64,000 nucleotides of DNA from Coniocarpon cinnabarinum (GCA_051942205.1 JAVECO010000012.1:124001-188000), one strand, 5' to 3'. Shown: positions 11,237 to 22,313, counted from the first letter of the stretch. Made by a program: numbers and translations. Notes: generated from the sequence alone by a model not told the origin.

Positions 11237-12903
11237 CTATTTGTTCGACGCAATCTTGAAGGGATGCGCCTCTGTGTTGAACACCCACATGTTTTGGCCT
11301 GAGGTTCCCTGTGCGACGTCCCAAGGTGCTTGCTAAAAGGTAAAAGTCAGCATTTGCGTCACGTGATGAGATACGAGCAGGAGTTGAGGCGGTATGGACT
11401 TACCGGCGCCTGGATCAAATACAGGTATTTCAACGTCTCAGCGAAGAGGAAACTCTCCTGGTTGTCTTCACCGGAGCCGCCGCCCTGGACATTGACGTTG
11501 GACACTTCTGTGAAGCCAGCAGTGGTGCGACAAGTCGCATTGATGGCGACGAAAGCCTCCCAGGCCCAGTCTTGGTACATGGTATTGCCCGTGATCTGAT
11601 ATGCGTAGTAATAACTCTCAATGACTTCGGGTCGCAGGTCATAATCGGCGTTAGCGATGTAGAAGCCGTGCTGGTTGTAGAAGTCGGCTTGATCGGCAGG
11701 GACACCAGAGCCGTCTTGGCTCCAGCTGAAGACTTCGGGACCGATGCCGGTTGCGGTGGAGGCATAGGTGTTGCGGCAGGCGTCGACGAGCTGGAGACCG
11801 TAGTCAATGAGCGTCTGGTTGCCAAGGACTTGACCGCCGAGGAGGAAGTTGCCACCGTCGAAACAGGCGAGATGCTGGGATGTGGGGATGGTTTGAGTGC
11901 CGTTGTATTCCGCGACGTAGGTGAGGTCCTCGCGGGTGGAGCCAACAGGGTGGGAGGTCAAAAATTGAATAGTGGAGTCGGCGGCGGCGACCCAGCGGTC
12001 ACGGTACTGCTCAAAGCGCGTCGGGTCATAGATGTACATCTTGATGAGGTACTCAAAGAAACTGTCGCTGCCGCCGATCCAGCCGCCAAAGGCATCGGCA
12101 AAGGTGCCGTCGTTGATGTTGATGTTCTGACCGACGAGACCGGGGAAGGGCTCGCCAGATGCCGGCTTCGGGTTGAGGAGGTAATTCTCGGCCTTTTGGG
12201 TGAGTTGGGCGTAGGCGTCGTCGCCGAGGAGATCACTGAGGCGTGTCCATTCGAGGACGAGGGTGCCGACGGTGGCGAGGCCGTTGGTGGTTGCGCCGTC
12301 GGTGCTGCGGTTACTAAAGACGAGGTTGTTGCTGGGGATGCCGCTGGCGGTGTCGAAGGCGTAGGAGAGGTTGTTGGCGAGGTTTTGAGCTTGTGTCAGG
12401 AGGGCTTCGACGTTGTTGGTGTCGTTGGCGAGGTAGCAGAGGGGTCCATCGTTGGGCTTGAGCAGGTCGTACGCGGACAGCATGCCACCGATGTATCGAA
12501 TGGTGGTCTCAAACAGGCTGACGGACTCATCGTTGTACGACACGCCAAAATTAATGGTCGGAATGTACTGGAGGATGTTGTTGGCAATGTCGCCAAACTC
12601 CATGACCAACGCCGTGTCGAGACCGTCGATGGCGCTGGCACCCCATCCATTGCGAGGGTTCTGGGAGGTCAAAGACGTGGGATTGAGTTGGTCAGCAGGG
12701 AACGCATTCTGAAAGTAACCGTCCCAGGCGAATTGAAAGGCATTCTTGACGGCCTGCGCCCGCTCAGAAAGAGTGACGTTTCCATACACGGGCGTCTGTC
12801 GAGCGACGTGTTGGATCTTGGGCAGTGGTGATTTCGTCGAAGGAAGGGCAACACATGTCTGTGCCAGCAACGCAGAGGCCAAGGTTGATTTAAGGAAATG
12901 CAT
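11237..12903 (-). CDS. Secreted class I alpha-1,2-mannosidase, glycoside hydrolase family 47
   Basis: Signal peptide MHFLKSTLASALLAQTCVA; GH47 motifs SLFETTIRYIGGMLSAY, DSFFEYLIK, HLACF, LRPEVIES, QESFLFAETLKYLYL. Intron 11333-11403 leads to a last exon with WVFNTEAHPF and TAG at 11237-11239. Confidence 0.97.
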
Positions 12904-15015
12904 TCTGCCTCGTCTTCAAGGGATCCTTGAGAGGACCGACGAACGAGAGTGAACGAGAAAAGCTAGGACCAACAACTTCGTGTTGCGGTACGCTGGCGGT
13001 ATCTGATTCGAAACAATTAAGAAAGCGACCAACAGTAGTATTTCTTAACAAGCTTCTCCGACGTGGAGTCGCGAGTCTGAATGAGCGAGAGAATGATATA
13101 ACAAAGCCAAAGAGCGTCACGGTCGGATGGGAATAAGAAAAGGAAAAGAAATGCACACGAGACGTGTGAACGAGACGTGAGGAAAAGCAAAGTACAGGTC
13201 ACACGGAATACATAGCAAACGGGGCGGGGGAGCATAGGGGTTTTTGAAGGATGGGGCAACGTGAGCATGACCAGAGCCGCCACGAGCGAGAACAAGGCGC
13301 GCGAGCGAGACGGTGTGATGGGCGTGCGTGAGGGTAGCAAACGGCGAGGCTCGTTGCCCTGGACCGACGTGGTCAGTGTGTCGACGTCGACGTGGAGGGA
13401 AGTGGAGCCAACATGGGTAAGCCTGTTGACGGGTAATCTGACCAGACTAATCGAAAGACGGCGAATGGATGTGCTGAACGCCACAGGGGGCCGACTGGAG
13501 ACACGGGATGGGATCTGGATAGTGGATACATGGCGTTTATGGGCTAAATGAAGAAAGAGGATCGGCCCATGGGCAATCTCCAGACGACATGAACCGGCGC
13601 GCTAGTGCCCGTGGAGAGGCTGAGGACGAGTGTGGGGAGTGGTCTCTTGTGGGTGCCTGACTGCGCGCGGGAGAGGAGAGAGAGAGACGGTGGTGAGGCT
13701 AAGGGAATCAGGAGATGAGAAAGAGGAAAGCTGGCAGTGGAGTGGTTAGGAAGCCAAAGCTAAGTACCAAGAGCCCAAAATGGGTGTAGCTCGGATGATC
13801 GATAATGCGGTGGGAGTGGCACGTGAGTGGGTGAGTGGATGGTCCACTACTGCTCACTGCTGCTCACGCTGCTTCAGGGGCTGCAGATGGTACACGATGC
13901 TCCCTTCGCTTTCGATAAACATCCCTGACGGCGTGCAGCGCCCGTGCGACATTGCTGGTAGGGGATGGCGATGACTGACCACCGCAGATGCGCCCACGAC
14001 CAGCATTCGACGCCCTGTGCGAGGAAGGTCGCAGGGAAGAGGTGGGCACACAGCGGCGAGCAGGCGAGCGACAGATGGCCGAGACGCGACAGGCCACTTG
14101 ATGCGAGAATCCACTGTCCAATTCGCGCGTGATGCTACGAGCCCGTGATTCCACTCGCGTGCGACAGGTGCGGCGTGCGAGGAGGGGCGTATGAGGCTCG
14201 TGTCGAGCTTCACCTGGAGCCCGCCGGTCACGAACAAACGGTCGTCTCGAAATAACTGCCTCCGGGCCCACATCGATTACTGTCTGACGGCGTCGAGCGT
14301 CAGCACAGGCGAGGCGTGCGCGCGCGAGTATGGAGAAGCAAAGGGGCCAAGCCCGCAAGCGCATGCTGTCGGCACGTGGCTCCGCAACAGGCGAGCATCA
14401 GCCAATGCGGCCAACATTGTTTGCCGTCGTCGGCGTATGTATCCGTTTCAAACTTGTTCTTTCCTGAGATTCGTGCTATCATTATCGTGGCGGTTATCTT
14501 CCTACCGCCAAGCCGTGTGCCGTCCGTATGGTCACTGGGGCCGATCTGCCGCTGTTTGGGGTTTGGCATTGGCCCCAAGAGCCACGGCTTGATGGATTCC
14601 ACGGACGACCTAAGACGAGAAGGACAGACTCCCGTCACGTGCAGCAAGTCTCACCCCGTAAGGCTGTGCTACAATGCTTGGCGCCAGGCTTGCGCGTCGG
14701 AGCCGCACCCACCATTCAAGGCACTGCTAAATACCGCCGTGTCGCCGACCGGCTCAACTGCCACCGCCTGTGCTGAGCTCGATGCAACTTTCTCCAGCTA
14801 CCTACGTCCCAATGTCAGGCCCTTGCAGTGCACACACACGCTTCTCGATGCACGCTTGCTCCACCATGGCTCAGTCGCGCCGCCTGCATAGATGATGTGG
14901 CTACTCCTCCTGGAGCATGAACCCGCGACGCCGCCTCCTCCTCTCAACTCCGCGGCTGTCTCAACACAGTCCGCTCCTCGCATCCATCTGCCATTTCTAA
15001 TAGCCCCACGAGACC

Positions 15016-16878
15016 ATGTCCCGTCCTGAGGCTTCTGCCAATGGCCTCCCCGTCAGTGCCCTTCGCCCGCGCAACAAGCGTCTCATATCTGGCCTAGACG
15101 ATCCCACGGATGATCCTCCCCGCAGGTCCACGCCCGACAACGTCGTTACAGCCTTTGCTCCAACGCCCTTGGAATCTCCTTTCAACTCTCGTGTCCCGTC
15201 CCCCATCCCCAGCACTCATCCCTCTCGATCGCCGTCTCACAATCGATCGAACTTCTTCAATGGTTCGCCCTCAGGCCGAAATGCCGACCAGCTAGGCTCC
15301 GACCTGGCAAATCAGCTCTCGGGCCTGTGGGGCAAATCATGGACGTCGTTGCAGGGCTTGGCGAACAATGTGCTCGGCAGCGACACCAGCCAGGAAATGT
15401 TCAAAGACAAATCACCCGCACGTAACCGAAGACCCTTTGAGGCTACACATGGTACCAAGCAACAATGGGGTCCCTCCTCGCGAGAACCCTCCCAACCCGG
15501 CGTGGGTTCAAAGGAAGCGAGAAGGGCGCTGGTGCGAGAACGCAAAAGACAAGAATTGCTCATGTCCACCGCCGACCCCTCGATGGACCCGTTGCGTGTG
15601 AAGCGAAGGACGTCGGATGATTTCGAAAGCACTTCTGCACCTCCTGGTGAAAATGAAGACCGAGATATCATGGTCTACATACACTCTGTTGTGGTCACCG
15701 ACACCATCGCTGGAATCAGCATCAAATATGGCTGCCCCATGCCGGTATTGAAAAAAGCCAATCGCATGTACTCTGACGTCGTCCAAACCAGAAAGTCGAT
15801 GCTTGTTCCCGTAGATGCGTGTACGGTCAAGGGCCGTCGCTGCCAGTCGCCCCCGACTACTGCGCCGGCATCTCCAAAACTTGATGGAAGCATATCAGAT
15901 AAGGACAGAACACCCCGTGCTCAACAGCAAGGTTTCGGCGACACTGCATTTGGCGCTGCAGCCATGCCGAGCCCGCCTCATTCTGGGACATATCGTATCC
16001 CTCGATCCATGCCGTCACCGGCGTTGTCGCAAAAAACCGAAGACGAGAAGCCGTGGAGACACGATTCTTGGGTGCAATTGCTTGACCACAGTAACCCTAC
16101 TGAGATCGTGCGCATGTCACGCAGAGATCTCGGCTTCTTCCCACGAGCCCGGCGGAAGTCTGTGAGTTACTCCGATCTCGATACTCCCTCTGCCTCATTC
16201 GACCTCCCACGACCAAGTATTACCATCAACGACACAAGTTCCGCACGCAGTGTGACTGCGCAGCACCGCAAGCGGGGATCCTCAGGCAGTGCAAAGGGAT
16301 CCGCGGGTCTCAGCTGGGCAGCGCAGATGAGCGGTCCCGGCGGAGTGGGCAATCTGCGAGGCAAAGGCGACTCAACACCCGGACCAGCACAGGACAAGTT
16401 CACGCGAGCCATGTCGAAACACCTCCCATCAATGGCGCCACCTCAGGAAGGTGTGTTTTCTGAAGAGGAGGAAGAGGAGGCGTATTCACCTGGTGGTGCT
16501 ACTCCTTTAGAGCAGATTGGCGGCCAAATCGAAGGCTGGATGCGCGGCGTTGGCAAGAAGATCAATGAAGCCTACAAGACCCAGCAAGGTCCCGGCGGGG
16601 GCCTGGCAGTTCCCAGTGTGCCAGGGATGAAGCGGACAAACAGTCGGACGAAACAAGGGGACGACGGGCCTGGACTGGGATTGGGCTCCACGAGCGGAGG
16701 AGATCTGATAGAGCTGAGCAACGCTTTCGAGATTGGTGAAGAAGATTGGGATGCTGAGGATCGATTTGGGATGGACGAGAGGAGAGGCAGACCACGGACG
16801 AGCGAGGGAAGGGATTCGAGTGCGCAGCGGATAGGGCCAGACTATTGGGACGATGGCAGCAAGCGAAAAGGCGATTGA
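15016..16878 (+). CDS. Intracellular LysM (CBM50)-domain protein, 620 aa
   Basis: Single long ORF with LysM-like VYIHSVVVTDTIAGISIKYGCPMPVLKKANRMYSDVVQTRKSMLVP; no signal peptide; Ser/Pro-rich flanks. Confidence 0.85.
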   Translation: MSRPEASANGLPVSALRPRNKRLISGLDDPTDDPPRRSTPDNVVTAFAPTPLESPFNSRVPSPIPSTHPSRSPSHNRSNFFNGSPSGRNADQLGSDLANQLSGLWGKSWTSLQGLANNVLGSDTSQEMFKDKSPARNRRPFEATHGTKQQWGPSSREPSQPGVGSKEARRALVRERKRQELLMSTADPSMDPLRVKRRTSDDFESTSAPPGENEDRDIMVYIHSVVVTDTIAGISIKYGCPMPVLKKANRMYSDVVQTRKSMLVPVDACTVKGRRCQSPPTTAPASPKLDGSISDKDRTPRAQQQGFGDTAFGAAAMPSPPHSGTYRIPRSMPSPALSQKTEDEKPWRHDSWVQLLDHSNPTEIVRMSRRDLGFFPRARRKSVSYSDLDTPSASFDLPRPSITINDTSSARSVTAQHRKRGSSGSAKGSAGLSWAAQMSGPGGVGNLRGKGDSTPGPAQDKFTRAMSKHLPSMAPPQEGVFSEEEEEEAYSPGGATPLEQIGGQIEGWMRGVGKKINEAYKTQQGPGGGLAVPSVPGMKRTNSRTKQGDDGPGLGLGSTSGGDLIELSNAFEIGEEDWDAEDRFGMDERRGRPRTSEGRDSSAQRIGPDYWDDGSKRKGD

Positions 16879-17146
16879 TGCCAGAGTACATGAGGATGCA
16901 ATTTGAACTTTGACATCAAGATTCCATGTCTTTACTGACTGTCCAAGCTCCAGGTATGTAAGCTATCTTTTTCGGGCGGGTTCCACTGTGGCACTGCAGA
17001 TCTGTGTGAAAGAGAGAGAGAGGGAGAGAGAGAGGTTCCTACCAGCAATGGGGAAAGAGGAAAACAAGCAAAAACCGAAGTACATAGTCTCCCGTCTTCC
17101 AAAGATCTGGTAGCTGGGATGAGGCTTGAAGTTGCGAGGTGGTATG

Positions 17147-18454
17147 GCACGTGACCCAGCTGTCAGACGGAATCGTCGATGCCGAGCACCACCTTCTCGT
17201 CTTACCTCACTTATCTCTCCCCAGGCTCGGGGGAGGAAATAAGCTTCCCGCCCGTCTGAGTCCTCGAGTCGCTTATTTGATAATTGGGTTTCATGATGAC
17301 ACCGGATATAAGTGAAGATGGTGCTCTAGCACGTGACCCGTTGTCAGACGGGAATTCCTCGGCTCCATGACCCCGAGCACCAGGGATCTCCTACCTATTC
17401 ACATTCCTGATGTTCGCTCCTCACGCTCGAATTGTCTCTCCGTTGACTTTTGCTCAATTGACTTGTCCTGCCCGTGAGTCTTCAAGTGTGGTGGCTTGCG
17501 CTTGCTGGTACTGGTCTCGCGCCATCATGTCTTTGACGGTTTATTTAAAGTTCTAATCCGCGGCTTGCGGACGGCTTGATGGCCTGTACCGTTGCCAGCC
17601 CTTGCCGTCTTGACACCCCGACCGAGACTCGGTGTCTTCGAATAGGCTCTTGTCCCTGTTGGTTTCATTCAGGGCACTGTGGATTAGGGAAGAGCTTGGC
17701 TCGGCAACGGTAAGAAATTAGCGTCCTGTCTTACAGGGACTCCATAATACCGCGGCGGGGCGGGAAGACTCGAAACTCTGGCTCGCAAGGCCTTGTTTTC
17801 TGATCGAGCCAGTACACGCGCGGAGATGGTGTCGCGTCATCTGGTCCGGGATGGTGGGTGGGGGAGGGGGAGGATGAATGCCAGAAGACAAGCAACAAAA
17901 CATGCTTTTCGTTGGCCATGGAACGTGCTCGCGGTTACAACAGTAGGCCAGAAAAAGAAGCATTGAGACCACGCCCAGACGCTTCCCTTACCTCGGGATG
18001 GTGGGTGGGGGAGGTGGTAGCAAAGCCGGCTCTCTAACCCTCGCCAGGCCGCCGGGAAGTTGCGGTCATTTGGCACGTCAGACCTATCTTTTGGGGTGGT
18101 CTCGCTCTACTTCGGCCCTCTAGTCCACGGCTTGCTGACAGCGAGAGCCTAATCGCTTATGTCTTACGTGTGTTTATAACAGTGAACACGTGCTCATAAC
18201 ACGCCAACAGCGGATGGAGCCGCCTGAGACACGGCTTAATTAGGATGTGGCGTCTACGGCTTGTAATACGCTGGCAACACGGGATGGTGGGTGAAGGAGG
18301 TGGTGGAAGGGCGGGAGGGAGGGGGAGGAAGGGACGAATGCCAGAAGACAAGCATCAAAACATGCTTTTCGTTGGCCACCGAACGTGTTTGCGGTTACAA
18401 CAGTGGGCCTGCAAAAGAAGCATTGGGACCAGGCCCAGACGCTTCCCTTACCTC
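17147..18454. ncRNA. Candidate structured non-coding RNA locus (identity unresolved)
   Basis: No credible ORF. Dense inverted repeats, e.g. ccgttgccagcc 17589-17600 / ggctcggcaacgg 17698-17710, gacacc/ggtgtc, ctggctcg/cgagccag, agatggtg/cgtcatct, acgtgt/acacgt, acgcca/tggcgt, plus internal duplications. Transcription not shown. Confidence 0.45.
17876..18454. repeat. Direct repeat of a 119-bp module (17876-17994 and 18336-18454)
   Basis: gaatgccagaagacaagc...gcttcccttacctc, 109/119 identical by manual alignment with no indels. The leader cgggatggtgggtg occurs three times (17847, 17994, 18280). Confidence 0.95.
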
Positions 18455-19281
18455 CAACGACGAATCCAAACTCTCTCTCCGTCAATCGCGGTTACGACGG
18501 TCTCACTGCCCGCCTCTGGCTCTTCGATCTCTTTCAGCTCTAGCGACGTCAAGATCTCTGCCATGGCGTGTTCGAGGCCGACTAGACGAGTAGACATACT
18601 TGACCTGGTACGATTCTGGAATGGATTCTCAACGCTCTTGACTTTTTGCTTGGACCGAGTGACCATATGATTGTCGTATTCGGTATTCCTGGATTTTAGA
18701 GTCGGGCTCAGATCTGAGGTTGTCTTCCCGACTGTCCTTCTGACCATGGTACAGCATGCTGGCATCGGCTCGATCTTTGAGACCATCGTCGCTGTCCTCC
18801 ATGCACTGAACTCGAGCGCACTGATCCGTCTCCAATACTCAACCTTCTCATTGCAGGGCGTGCATGCTTTTGCACTTTCTCGCTTTTTGTGACTACACGC
18901 TCTGCACTGGAGTTGCACACGAAACAAAGCCCGGCTCTCCAAATCACGCACTTCTTGATGTTGATCCCAGACCACTTTGCGAATTTGTCCTCGACATGTT
19001 GGGAATACCTGCGCTAGTGCAAGTGCAGTCTGGCGATGAGCATAGTCTGCCGTGTTCTTCACAGTTTGCTGAAGTGCTGATACCAGCGCGTGTTCAATGA
19101 TCGTGTCGAGAATCTCCTGTGGTAGGTGTGATGAAGATGGCATTGATGACGAACGTCTTGGCAAGTGTAGGCTGACTGGATTATCCGACACCGTTTCAAG
19201 GGACGAAAGCGACGGCTCTTTGCAGATTGAACAAGCTACGTGAAGGAAGCGGTCGAATGCGTGCGCAATAGCACGCGGCAT
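18448..19281 (-). CDS. Divergent F-box-like protein with CxxC motifs (island paralogue A)
   Basis: 277-aa ORF (alternative start at 19143): HLPQEILDTIIEHAL, TALALAQVFPTCRGQI, CRAC...CTPCNEKVEYW. Confidence 0.6.
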   Translation of the reverse strand: MPRAIAHAFDRFLHVACSICKEPSLSSLETVSDNPVSLHLPRRSSSMPSSSHLPQEILDTIIEHALVSALQQTVKNTADYAHRQTALALAQVFPTCRGQIRKVVWDQHQEVRDLESRALFRVQLQCRACSHKKRESAKACTPCNEKVEYWRRISALEFSAWRTATMVSKIEPMPACCTMVRRTVGKTTSDLSPTLKSRNTEYDNHMVTRSKQKVKSVENPFQNRTRSSMSTRLVGLEHAMAEILTSLELKEIEEPEAGSETVVTAIDGERVWIRRWR

Positions 19282-19624
19282 TTTAACTCCGAGCTCAATC
19301 TCGGACCCGTATTTCGTGAACGCATGTCATCGAATCGTTGTTAGAATACAGTACATCTCAAAGCGCAATATCAAACAGCGGGTTGGCAGGTCAACCAAGA
19401 TCACATGCACCTGTGGGACTTCTACCAGAGAAGAAAATATAAGAGCAAGAGATCGGGCAACAGCTGCGTCAATGTCTTGAGTCGTTGTCATTCCATCATC
19501 CAAACGCCTCGCAGAGATCTTAATGGCACCCAGTCCCACTGGAAAGGGCTGAGTACCAGTCTACCTGAAACCAAATTTATGCATCCGAGCTAATAAATAC
19601 CAAGTCTTCCGCCACATTGTGCTA

Positions 19625-20269
19625 TCAGCCTCCATCTTGCTCGCACGACAGAGTGCTGTCCCAGCTGCATTTTTCATGTTTGAAGACGAGTGAATGTAGC
19701 GGGTGGTCGACATTTTCAAACGATCTCTCGGGCAATTCAATCGCTGATTCAGGTGTTGGCTGCTCGAAGTCCAGTCGTTGCAGTACCTGCTCCAACGCCA
19801 TTCGTACAGCTTCGTTGCGTTTCCATTCGAGAGCCGCAGATGTGTAGAGTGGGAAACAGCAACGCGCGGTACTGGAAGTATTCTGATCATTTACGCCCTT
19901 GCAATGCGGAGCATGTCCGTTGTTGTCCTTGCATGATGCAGCAAGAGTTCTCCAGGAATCTGAACATCGACGGTTCATACGGTGTAGGTAACAGCGGATT
20001 TGAAAGTGAACAAGTTGACGAAGCGTTTTGTTGACGCACAGCCCGTAGGCTACCTCCTCGAGGGATTCACGTTGGACAATTCTCGATATGATCCTGTACA
20101 GGGATGTGCGATGATCGTTCAACGCCTCGTCGGCAATGACCTGTATTTCATTGTGGGCGTCATCCAGGAGCACCTTGATGATGTTGAGCAGAATTTCATT
20201 CGGTAATTGGCGCTTTGTTCTTAACTTCCGGAAACGTAGTACTGTCTTCAGCTGTCGATTGAAGTCCAT
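19625..20269 (-). CDS. Divergent F-box-like protein (paralogue B)
   Basis: ORF from MDFNRQLK: QLPNEILLNIIKVLL, VAYGLCVNKTLRQLV, followed by a Cys/His cluster. Confidence 0.65.
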   Translation of the reverse strand: MDFNRQLKTVLRFRKLRTKRQLPNEILLNIIKVLLDDAHNEIQVIADEALNDHRTSLYRIISRIVQRESLEEVAYGLCVNKTLRQLVHFQIRCYLHRMNRRCSDSWRTLAASCKDNNGHAPHCKGVNDQNTSSTARCCFPLYTSAALEWKRNEAVRMALEQVLQRLDFEQPTPESAIELPERSFENVDHPLHSLVFKHEKCSWDSTLSCEQDGG

Positions 20270-20674
20270 GATGGTTGCTATTGTGTGCTTTGGGTATGTT
20301 GCAAAAAAAATTGGCGAAATGGGAGGAAGTCGTGGAAGCACGTTTGTGGCAGAAGGTGGACCACTGGTTCTATTCAACGCTAGTAAGATCAGGTACGTGT
20401 GCTTGCCTACTAAGAAAGTCTTGGCAGTAAAATGTTCGAGATTCTGCCACCTATGAACATTGCCTGCTCGAAGTGGTCTCGCAGTCGGACCGCTCGACTA
20501 CATAGGTCCTGAATCTCCTTCAATCGCCAGATCATCCGCTCAGCATGTTCATTACGCAAAGTCATGCTTAGTAAAACGTCGATTCCGCGCTCCAAGACAC
20601 ACGCCAGCATGCCGTCCAAGCGAAGTCGCTTGTTTTCACTTGGCCTGCCTGCTGTCACAGAGCAAATTGGTCAC

Positions 20675-21536
20675 TCACACCGAGTGATCCTCTTTGAGTT
20701 TTGCAACCACCGACACAAGCTCTTTGAGCATCTTGAGCCTGCCTCCGGCTGCTTCGTGTGACTCATCACACTCTAGACATTTACCGAGATGGCACCAGCT
20801 CGAGCGCCGGTGGACATTGATTCGTTGGTTTTCAGCACGAAGAGCGTCTTCATGAAGGCCGGAAGCAAAGTTACGGAGGTATTGCGTCCCATCTGTTACT
20901 TGTCGGAGGAACAATCGGCTTACGAGACTCAATCTACATGCTGTTTGCATGGATTCCTCCGCCGCCAATGTCTTCCAGCCCTTTATCTTTTGCGCAACCT
21001 GGTCCCAGGACTGGGACTTCATCCAAAGACATGCATGAAGGGATTGCATGAAAGGAAGAAGTCTCGTACTGAACTCGGAGCGCCCAGTCAACGATGTTGA
21101 GCAGGACCTCGTTCGGATCTCTTTGGAGTTGCTTGATTGCGGTTCTCATAATCCTCCCAGTAAGCACAGACTGAACACCCAGTACTCTTTCCCAAGCCGT
21201 TAGATTGACTACGATGGCGTCTTCTTTCGGTTCATCATTGATATGGTCCTCATTCTTCGAAACCTTCCTGGCTCGGTCAAGACAACGGACATTCTCCATA
21301 AGCACATAGTGCAGGCAAAACTTGTTGATTCCCATGAGACTGGAATTGACGGCGCTCCATCGGGATGCGCTGGCAGCAATGTCTTCACCCAACCTCTGAA
21401 GACGAATCGTTTCAACTAGATTCGCGAACTCCGAGTCGAGAGTATGCCATATGATTTGTGCGAGTGCTCCATTACGGAGTATGTGCCGCTCAATCGGCAG
21501 GAGCTGAGGTAGAACTGGCTGGCTTTGCTTAGCCAT
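20675..21536 (-). pseudogene. Double F-box-like gene (paralogue C) interrupted by a frameshift or unrecognised intron
   Basis: ORF 20934-21605 carries LRNGALAQIIWHTL...VNSSLMGINKFCLHYV and a second unit DPNEVLLNIVDWAL. The matching TACRLSLVSRLFLRQV...CHLGKCLEC lies in a different frame (20675-21091). Confidence 0.5.
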
Positions 21537-22313
21537 TCTCGTTGCGACAATATTGACCTTGTTCAAAAATGGGACTGGTAATTTACTCGTTCCAGAGGTA
21601 GTCAAGGAAGATTTATAAAAGTGTTAGATGCAGATTGATTTGCGTTGAGTGGGCACAGTGGGTACTTGTATGCTCTCAAGGTCTTACATGCAAACGAAAA
21701 GTGCGGCTCAAGCGAGGCAGACAACGGGCTCTCACTAAAACCTGCAGCTCTACCATAGCCGTGACCAATGCTGACCGTCATCATCTAGGCGCCCATTCGC
21801 GGTAATGATCGGTTTGTCGCATTAACCTGCTGGCCGTGGGAATATGCGGTGTCATGCTGGATCACAAACCGTTACCAAATCCCCTCTTGAACTTGTCTTT
21901 CAATGGCCCTCACAGCCAATCACCCACGTTTGATACTTCATCACTTGCGTGTCGATGTGCACTGCCATCTATCAGGACAAGCAACCACGTTTGCTTTGGC
22001 GTCATGAAGCCGAACACAATCTTGTCACGCACGCCTGAGCGTGGCCGAAGTGGGGTTCAATGTTGGTCGTGCGCAGTTTAAACAAACACGGTCCCGATGC
22101 CGTGCGCATCTGTCGTCATCGAAACATTTCCACAGAACCTGTGATGCACAAACTCGTAGAGGCGCTCGAAAGGCTGCGCTTTGCCTTCATCGCAGTCTAT
22201 CAGTCTGCACGACAAGCAATTGCGCACGCTTGACACATATCACCCTTTGGATCAGATTTTCAGCTCAGTGTTTCGTTCACTGCCTCGTATATACTCAAGA
22301 GCCCTTTGATACG

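Noticed and set aside
11572..12831. 419-aa plus-strand ORF
   Set aside because: Antisense shadow of the codon-biased GH47 gene; no independent motif.
13500..14990. Several 130-190 aa overlapping ORFs between the GH47 and LysM genes
   Set aside because: GC-rich divergent promoter/UTR region; Arg/Ala/Cys-rich translations on both strands with no motif.
16092..16099. TAACCCTA as a telomerase template about 1.6 kb upstream of the P6.1-like motif
   Set aside because: It lies inside the LysM coding sequence (codons S-N-P-T); an 8-mer is expected by chance and no adjacent pseudoknot was seen.
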